Part shown: positions 37,638 to 44,084 of the stretch, piece by piece
How the letters are laid out: each line of letters opens with the position of its first letter
How positions within the stretch are numbered: the first letter of the stretch is position 1
From: a virus
Taxonomy: Duplodnaviria > Caudoviricetes
Reading direction: 5' to 3' (one strand)
Virus record (IMG/VR): IMGVR_UViG_3300025508_000025
Location: 1 to 52,651 of that record
Length of the DNA stretch: 52,651 nt
Program-made: the position numbers and the translations under genes
Notes under the pieces: generated by a model
What the model was told of the DNA's origin: nothing
Databases searched by the model: none
Seen by the model: the letters and a program-made list of their open reading frames with translations, nothing else

Positions 37638-39071
37638 CTAGTTATAGAAGTCAGCAGTTTCAACATAGACCACTTCGCCAAAGGCTAGGTTTTCTGAATA
37701 AGTGCTTTTATCTGTGACTGCCCAAAAGACAGGTACATCAGGCTCGACTTCAGGACTCACTTCACCCCAGCCGTCAGTGAAGTAAACAATAGCTTGAACA
37801 TCATCCACATCATCTGAATGATCATTGAACAAGTTAAATGGAGGGTCGAACAATGTTCCACCACCACCCCTCACCTGTAATTCAAGATCATCGCCTTGAT
37901 CTAACTCATAGATATCCCACCACTCGCCTTGTTGATTCTTACGAACAACAGTATCGCAGTAGCACACCCTGATCTTATCAAGACCACAATCCTCAGCCAT
38001 TGCCTGAATCTCAGTAGCGAACATATTCAATTCGTATTGAGAAACAGAACCACTGGTATCAATCATGATAGCTAACTCGCCACCTTGCGGAGACTTTGCT
38101 TTGCTAGGTAAATTAATACCTCGATGTTGATGCCTTTTGTTTAGCCTAGACCAAGTATTCTCTTCAGAGATAGAGGACTGCAAAAGATCATTAAGTTGTT
38201 CTCTCCAATCCACTTGCACTTCTTGATTCGCATCAGCAGAACCAAGACCACCTGAAGAACCAGTGCCACTCATAGCAATCTCTAACTTTTCAGCTAAAGA
38301 AATTGCTCTCTGAATTTCACCTTTAACTTCTTGCATTTCTGCATCAGTCAATGGTTTCCCTTCATCGTTAGTAGCATCCCATACTTCGCCAATTGCAGAG
38401 GGAATCGAATCCCAATCTGTGCCTGTTTCAACACCCTCTCCAGTGCTTTCATCAGATTCAGATTCGCCAATACCAGTATCGGAAATATTTCCTGTACCAG
38501 TCTCAGATAATTCTTCTCCCTCTTCATCAGTTGCTTCGCTTCCACCTTGGCTTTGAGCATCCTCTTCTTCAGAGGACTCTTCACCTTTTGGTTTCTGCTG
38601 ATTAATCTGATCAATCGCTTCTTCCAAGGCTTCTTCATCTTTTACCAAGATTGCATAAACCTTTTCAGCAGTCATGCCCTTGTACTTATGATCTAGTAAA
38701 CCGCCCAAAGGCAATTCAAGTTTTAAATCCCAGTACAAATAAGCATTGATCACATAGTCACAAGCGATATTCCAAATTTTAGGATGTCGCTTTCCTCTTC
38801 TCAAAGGATGTTCATAAACAACATGAAGTGCTTCATGAACAAGTACACCCTGTAATTCAGGCTCACTCAGACCCAAGACAAAAGGCGGAAAGTAATAAAT
38901 TACTTTTCCGTCAGTTGCCATTGTGTCGCATCTAGACTGATCAACTTCCACTAAATTAAGATGTAAGAGCATGGATGCCATGCCCACATTACCTTTCATT
39001 AGTTTTGCTCTCGCCTTAACTATGTAGTCATGAGCCAATTGTGGCTCTTTTACAGTTGCTAAATTAGTCAT
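37638..39071 (-). CDS. Metallopeptidase-vWA protein (DUF2201-like)
   Basis: TMATDG, LVHEALH, WNIACD, MIDAS IDTSGS, GGGGT, YFTDGWG; start MTNLAT with GGAGG SD. Confidence 0.85.
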   Translation of the reverse strand: MTNLATVKEPQLAHDYIVKARAKLMKGNVGMASMLLHLNLVEVDQSRCDTMATDGKVIYYFPPFVLGLSEPELQGVLVHEALHVVYEHPLRRGKRHPKIWNIACDYVINAYLYWDLKLELPLGGLLDHKYKGMTAEKVYAILVKDEEALEEAIDQINQQKPKGEESSEEEDAQSQGGSEATDEEGEELSETGTGNISDTGIGESESDESTGEGVETGTDWDSIPSAIGEVWDATNDEGKPLTDAEMQEVKGEIQRAISLAEKLEIAMSGTGSSGGLGSADANQEVQVDWREQLNDLLQSSISEENTWSRLNKRHQHRGINLPSKAKSPQGGELAIMIDTSGSVSQYELNMFATEIQAMAEDCGLDKIRVCYCDTVVRKNQQGEWWDIYELDQGDDLELQVRGGGGTLFDPPFNLFNDHSDDVDDVQAIVYFTDGWGEVSPEVEPDVPVFWAVTDKSTYSENLAFGEVVYVETADFYN

Positions 39072-40053
39072 GCTTTTTTCCTCCAAAGGCTTTTCCAAGA
39101 AAACCACCTTTAAGAGAATCAGCAGACTCTTCCAACTTCTTAGCTAAGTCTTTTCGCTTCTGTTCAGCTAAAGCATCATCTTCTCTCAGAGAGTCAATGC
39201 CATTGTTGTATCCATTAAACGTAGAAACAACGCTAACCAGTTTTTGATGAGCATCAGCAATATCTTGATCGTTACCTAAAATATCAGCGTTGATATTTGG
39301 TAAAGACCCAGTTAATTTTTCCAGTGCTTTAAAACTGGAAGCATTAAAGAAACCTTTTTGTTTCTGCTTGGGGTCATATTCCCTCAATTTTTTTGCTAAA
39401 TGATCAGTCTGTTCAAGGACAGCATCAACAGTGGTTTTAAGAACATTCTTAATATTATTGTTGATTCTATTCTTGACATCATTTTCTATCTTAGACCTTA
39501 ACTTCTCTGATACATTCAAACGAATGTCAGAGCCATATTGAGGAACAGTAGATATCTCAAATTCAAACTTAAACTTTCGTCTAAGTGAATCGAAGTCAGG
39601 GTAATCACATTCGTTGAATGCTTTACCTAAATTTCTTTTGGCTTGTTCCATTTTTTGTGGATAGCTTTTAAGAAACTCATCTACTTCTTTATCCCAAATC
39701 TGCTTTGCATCATCCACTTGATTCTGCAATGACTCTAACTGTGAGTTAGGGCATAAACGCCACCCACTCACAACCTTGTCATCCATATCAGTAGAATTAT
39801 CTGCCCAAGGCAAAGTCATCGGATAGTAATAATCATTCCTAAACTTATTTAAAATGTGGCGAAAATATTTGTTAATATCTTCTCCATAAATATGCTTAGA
39901 AACACCCAGTAATCTCTCGCTAGATACTTCAGTATCTATCGCTAAATCACGCTTTAACCTTTTATCTGTTCTGATTCCGCTAGGATGCTTCGCAGTCATG
40001 CGAACCAACACAGCATTCTCAGACAGAGTATTAGTCAATTTTTCTTTATCCAT
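39064..40053 (-). CDS. DUF3150-like protein
   Basis: TLPW...GWRL, DYP...LRRKFKF; lies between AAA and vWA genes; start MDKEK. Confidence 0.55.
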   Translation of the reverse strand: MDKEKLTNTLSENAVLVRMTAKHPSGIRTDKRLKRDLAIDTEVSSERLLGVSKHIYGEDINKYFRHILNKFRNDYYYPMTLPWADNSTDMDDKVVSGWRLCPNSQLESLQNQVDDAKQIWDKEVDEFLKSYPQKMEQAKRNLGKAFNECDYPDFDSLRRKFKFEFEISTVPQYGSDIRLNVSEKLRSKIENDVKNRINNNIKNVLKTTVDAVLEQTDHLAKKLREYDPKQKQKGFFNASSFKALEKLTGSLPNINADILGNDQDIADAHQKLVSVVSTFNGYNNGIDSLREDDALAEQKRKDLAKKLEESADSLKGGFLGKAFGGKKHD

Positions 40054-40083
40054 AATAAGAACCTCCATTCTTTATTAGAAAAT

Positions 40084-40138
40084 TGCTGTTTCGATCTTAA
40101 TGATCTCTTCAGGTGAGAAAAAAAATCTCACGACAGCA
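40084..40138 (-). ncRNA. Hammerhead ribozyme HH2 (type III, canonical)
   Basis: UGCUG-UC^GUGAGA-U7-UCUCAC-CUGAAGA-GAUC-auuaa-GAUC-GAAA-CAGCA; GUC cut 40132/40131. Confidence 0.93.
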
Positions 40139-40189
40139 GAGCAGAAAATATATTTAACCAGTAAATATAAATTCTGCCCTTGCTCAGAC

Positions 40190-41239
40190 CTAGACTTCTA
40201 AGTCTTGATTCTTGATCTTGAATTCTCCATATCTTGCAGAATCCACAATATCGCTTCTTGCTCCAACAAGCGATCTCACAAAGAAAATTCCAAACTCAGG
40301 GGTAGGAAATTTCTCAATGTAATCAAGAGCATTAGCAAAGTAGTCATGCAAGTTGCTATCACTAGCTTCTTTTATAACACTCACTAATGCACAGACAGTT
40401 GCATACATCAGACCACCACTATCAACAACCTCGACATCTCCACCCTCACAAATTTCTTGCAAGTTGGGAACATCATTTTTCAGTGATAGGAATGACATAA
40501 ACTCGATACTAGCAGTTTCACCTACATCGCCTTGCACAAGTAATTGCACAATTTCTTTAGGTGGATTGCATTTAAGAGTATCGCTTAACCTCACCCATGA
40601 TCTAGGACTAGGCTGTGGGGTAGTAACCTTGGCATTAAAGTCATGCAACCACTCAGGCTGAAAACTTATGAACCCCAAAATTTCAGGACAAATATCATTC
40701 TTACTTGCCCATGCTAACCAATCATCAGGACTATGCTCAAAATCGACCATAGTGCATCTATCTGATACATGACTAGGAAGTTTATTGCTTCCTGCTCTAT
40801 CAGTTGCTCTATTACCTGCACAGATTGTTCTCCACCCTTTAGGCAAAGAATAGTCTCCTATCCTTCCCTCATACAGCAATTGCCCACATACAGCCTGAAC
40901 AGAATTCGATGCTTGGGCATACTCATCAAAGAATAAAATCCCTTCACCACTTACAGGAAGATTGCCCAAAAAGGCTCTCTTCTGTTCATTCGCATCATTG
41001 ATATAAGGCAAACCACCTAAATCAACAGACTCATATAACGACAGTCTGAAATCAATAAATCCAAACTCATTTTGAGTAGGATTAATTTTATCCACGACTA
41101 CCTTCCTATCCATAGCAATGTCATCGACATATGCTCGAACAATTGCACTTTTTCCAATACCTGTTCCCCCTAAAAGGAATGGAGTATTAGACCCTTTTAA
41201 AACTGCCTTAATCGACAGTAATGCTTGACTTGGTTTCAT
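40190..41239 (-). CDS. MoxR-like AAA+ ATPase
   Basis: Walker A GGTGIGKS, Walker B ILFFDE, CAGNR, PSPRSW; start MKPSQ. Confidence 0.85.
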   Translation of the reverse strand: MKPSQALLSIKAVLKGSNTPFLLGGTGIGKSAIVRAYVDDIAMDRKVVVDKINPTQNEFGFIDFRLSLYESVDLGGLPYINDANEQKRAFLGNLPVSGEGILFFDEYAQASNSVQAVCGQLLYEGRIGDYSLPKGWRTICAGNRATDRAGSNKLPSHVSDRCTMVDFEHSPDDWLAWASKNDICPEILGFISFQPEWLHDFNAKVTTPQPSPRSWVRLSDTLKCNPPKEIVQLLVQGDVGETASIEFMSFLSLKNDVPNLQEICEGGDVEVVDSGGLMYATVCALVSVIKEASDSNLHDYFANALDYIEKFPTPEFGIFFVRSLVGARSDIVDSARYGEFKIKNQDLEV

Positions 41240-41310
41240 ATTAATAACCTCCAAAGTTTTTATGATTCAAGTTAGTTTCAGCTACCAATAAATATTATTT
41301 ACCAGTAACT

Positions 41311-41372
41311 ACCAATACTGGATAACAATTTGCTATCCAGTTTCATAGCATTTCAGCTAATCTTCAGTTGGT
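41311..41372 (-). ncRNA. Hammerhead ribozyme HH3 (type I, U10.1-U11.1 variant)
   Basis: ACCAA-CUGAAGA-UUAGC-ugaaau-GCUAU-GAAA-CUGGAUAGC-aaauu-GUUAUCCAG-UA^UUGGU; cut 41316/41315. Confidence 0.85.
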
Positions 41373-41714
41373 TTAAGTAATGGTGTTAGAGACAAATTCA
41401 TCATTTGGATTTTTCCAACAATCTCTAGACATAAGACCATTTTCTAAAATGTATTCCAAATGCTTAGTGGCATTTTTAATGTTATTAAACATTCTTGCCC
41501 TTGCTCCACTTTCATCACATAGATATTCATTATCTTTTGCTAAAAAATAATAACTTCTATTTTCTCCATACAATTCTTTTATTAATTCATATTCATTCCA
41601 AGAATAAATATGAACATCAATCTCATTATGTGGTTCTACTATTCGCTTGTTATCTCTCCAAACTTTCCACTGTTTAGAGATAACTTTTTTATTAGACCAT
41701 TTAATTTTATCCAT
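41373..41714 (-). CDS. Hypothetical early protein
   Basis: GGAGG SD; flanked by hammerheads. Confidence 0.65.
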   Translation of the reverse strand: MDKIKWSNKKVISKQWKVWRDNKRIVEPHNEIDVHIYSWNEYELIKELYGENRSYYFLAKDNEYLCDESGARARMFNNIKNATKHLEYILENGLMSRDCWKNPNDEFVSNTIT

Positions 41715-41743
41715 AATTTTTGACCCTCCAAGGTCAGTTAATT

Positions 41744-41804
41744 ACCAATAACAGACAGCACTCGCTATCTGTTTTCATAGCATCTCAGCTAATCTTCAGT
41801 TGGC
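41744..41804 (-). ncRNA. Hammerhead ribozyme HH4 (type I, U10.1-U11.1 variant)
   Basis: GCCAA-CUGAAGA-UUAGC-ugagau-GCUAU-GAAA-ACAGAUAGC-gagu-GCUGUCUGU-UA^UUGGU; cut 41749/41748; stem III covaries with HH3. Confidence 0.85.
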
Positions 41805-42059
41805 TTAAAAAGTGTTTTTATCCCATTCAGGATTAACATTTTTTTCATCCCAATCCATATCCAATTGATTCAATAAGAATATTGTTGGCAAATAATCGTC
41901 ATGTTGATTACCCCAATCTTCCTCATAGGTTTCCAATTTTCTTTTGTATATGTCTAATGCTTTCCATAAAATCAGACTTGTATCTTCATTTACAGTTAGC
42001 TGTTTAGTCATAATTACCTTTGGCGTTTTCATACCAATTTGTTTATTTTCTTTTTGCAT
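41805..42059 (-). CDS. Hypothetical early protein (84 aa)
   Basis: Start MQKENK at 42059 with GGAGG SD. Confidence 0.6.
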   Translation of the reverse strand: MQKENKQIGMKTPKVIMTKQLTVNEDTSLILWKALDIYKRKLETYEEDWGNQHDDYLPTIFLLNQLDMDWDEKNVNPEWDKNTF

Positions 42060-42090
42060 AATTTTTGACCCTCCAAGGTCATGTTTAATT

Positions 42091-42176
42091 ACCAAGATTC
42101 CCTCGAAAGGGTCAGGGCATTACTGCTACCTGTTTTAAAATTTCGACTGGATTCTCGCCAGTCATCATCAGTTGGT
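42091..42176 (-). ncRNA. Hammerhead ribozyme HH5 (type I, branched stem III)
   Basis: ACCAA-CUGAUGA-u-GACUGG-cgagaau-CCAGUC-GAAA-UU-[two hairpins]-AA-UC^UUGGU; cut 42096/42095. Confidence 0.75.
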
Positions 42177-42593
42177 TTACCCTGTATTTTTTATAGGGTC
42201 ATCAAGGAAAACATCTCCATGCACAGAACGAATAACATAATTAAGATTTTCGTTTATCGTTATTTGTCTATCGTTAATGAATAAGATTTGATTTCCCTTG
42301 ATCTGTTTAAGATAAACAGAATCAGATGCAAAAACATAGGAAAAAATAGCGTTTAATCTCTCCCTTGTTGTGACTGTATCCCACCCACACATTGAAAAAC
42401 ATAAGTGAATATTGTTACTTAAATTTTCGCTAGGATGATTGTTCTCGAACCATGCAATTTTATTGTCATGCAAGAAAACCCCTTGCTGTTTTTTGCTCGA
42501 CCATTCTGATATTGGTCGAATTCTAGTATTGCCCATTATTTTATTTACATTTTCAGTAAATGCTTCAGCAATTTCTTTTGATACTTTTCTCAT
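42177..42593 (-). CDS. Hypothetical protein, first gene of early operon
   Basis: GGAGGT SD; LHDNKIA, GWDTVTTRERLNA motif. Confidence 0.65.
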   Translation of the reverse strand: MRKVSKEIAEAFTENVNKIMGNTRIRPISEWSSKKQQGVFLHDNKIAWFENNHPSENLSNNIHLCFSMCGWDTVTTRERLNAIFSYVFASDSVYLKQIKGNQILFINDRQITINENLNYVIRSVHGDVFLDDPIKNTG

Positions 42594-42613
42594 AAGTTAA
42601 ACCTCCAAGGTTT

Positions 42614-42665
42614 TGTTTCTTGAACCCCAAAATAGGATTCTCTTCAGCCTGTTAATTCAGGGACA
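42614..42665 (-). ncRNA. Hammerhead ribozyme HH6 (type III, variant)
   Basis: UG-UC^CCUG-aauuaa-CAGG-CUGAAGA-GAAUCCUA-uuu-UGGGGUUC-aa-GAAA-CA; AA insertion before GAAA; cut 42662/42661. Confidence 0.6.
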
Positions 42666-42911
42666 GTTGGAGGACTGCCTAGGACATACTGCAGTAGCAA
42701 GTATCGGTGTATCGTGAACGCCTAAGTAGTTTCCATTTCACTACATCTCAGGGAACGCTTTTTGTTTTGATGCTTCTCTTTATCATCGAGGGTAAATCTA
42801 GAGACCCTCAGCTAAGTTAGTATCTTAATAAGTAATACAGCTACCTAGCAGTCATATATGGCTGTTCTATAAAGACCTCCTTTTTGGTTTAATATTCGTT
42901 GTCATGTGCAT

Positions 42912-42941
42912 ACCTTAACACCATGAATATCATCAATGCAA
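42912..42941 (-). promoter_or_regulatory. Sigma70-like early promoter
   Basis: TTGCAT-18 bp-TAAGGT with extended -10 TG. Confidence 0.55.
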
Positions 42942-43005
42942 CATCTTATTAGATTGCAGTATGTGAGCATTACGAAACTCTGCTTACTGGTAGATAATAT
43001 TAAGC

Positions 43006-43503
43006 ATGGATAAAGACAAAACTCAGGACGAAAAACCCACGCTTAAATTGGTCAAGGATAAGACCAAGCTAACCATGAAACAGAGAGCCTTTTGTGATCT
43101 CATCATCAAGGGCAAGTTGGGAAGTCAGATCGAATGCTATATGGAAGTCTATGATGTAGCTCTAACCAAGACAGGGAAGATACCTAAACACGCCCACGTT
43201 GATTGCAGTAGGTTAATGGCAAACCCTAGTATCAGCCTAACTATAGCTAATGGATTGAAACGCTTAGAGGTTAATGCAGTAGCTTCCACTACTCGAACAA
43301 GGAGTTACGTTCTTGAACAGCTTATGAGAGAGAGCAAGGAAGCAGACAGTGACAGCACTAGAGTCAGGGCATTAGAGTTACTAGGCAAGACAGTGAACCT
43401 ATTCAGCGACACCTTGGAGATCAAGGAGAGCAGAACCAGTGATGACATAGAGAGTGAGATTGAGCAGAAGATAGAAGCATTGTTGAGAGAATCAGCAGAA
43501 TAG
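43006..43503 (+). CDS. terS: Terminase small subunit
   Basis: LTMKQRAFC, RVRALELLGK...LF; upstream of terL. Confidence 0.75.
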   Translation: MDKDKTQDEKPTLKLVKDKTKLTMKQRAFCDLIIKGKLGSQIECYMEVYDVALTKTGKIPKHAHVDCSRLMANPSISLTIANGLKRLEVNAVASTTRTRSYVLEQLMRESKEADSDSTRVRALELLGKTVNLFSDTLEIKESRTSDDIESEIEQKIEALLRESAE

Positions 43504-43712
43504 ACCCCCCTTTTAATGCTGTGATCTAGAGCAGAGACAGACCCCCCTACACCCCTTTACAGATGCAAGTACCTGCTATCATATATACATAGTGTTTTGC
43601 ACATAATATGACATAATTTTATAGACCCCCCCTATTATGTATTGCATTTTGCTATCTTTCTTTGCCATATACCCTGTTTTTCTAGGTAAACACTGTGTTT
43701 CATACCCCCCCC
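43502..43712. repeat. Four A(G/T)AC6-8 C-tract repeats
   Basis: At 43502, 43539, 43623 and 43702. Confidence 0.6.
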
Positions 43713-43895
43713 ATACTATATTTCAAAATTTGAGGGTTGCTTTTTATGTGAAGCCGTGCAATATTGTATAATCTGTAGATACATATACCTAGTAACCAGT
43801 AATAACTTAATGAGTGCCTACCTATGTTTACTTATTAAGTTTTTTTATTTAAGAGCTACTACCTAGTAGGTATATACTAGATAGGGAGTTACTGT

Positions 43896-44084
43896 ATGTA
43901 TGAGTTTATAGGAAGTTTAATAAGTGATTTTTTCTTTTGGTGCGTAGATGTTTTAGTATTCATTGGAGAAGTCACAGGTATGGGTTATGCATTAGCTAAT
44001 ATAGTTATATTTGTAATACTTCAACCAGCTTTGATTTTGCTTTTCTTTGTTTTATGGAGAAAAGAAATAAAAAAGAATGAATAA
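43896..44084 (+). CDS. Small membrane protein
   Basis: GGGAG SD; hydrophobic; overlaps terL start. Confidence 0.55.
   Translation: MYEFIGSLISDFFFWCVDVLVFIGEVTGMGYALANIVIFVILQPALILLFFVLWRKEIKKNE

Noticed and set aside
42060-42095. TTG-started N-terminal extension of ORF 41805..42095
   Set aside because: Overlaps HH5 stem I and the RBS hairpin; ATG 42059 has the SD
41311-42176. Repeated intergenic blocks as a CRISPR-like array
   Set aside because: Repeats are separated by whole genes and fold as hammerheads; no cas operon
43737-43772. Sigma70 promoter TTGCTT...TATAAT for late genes
   Set aside because: 24-bp spacing is non-canonical
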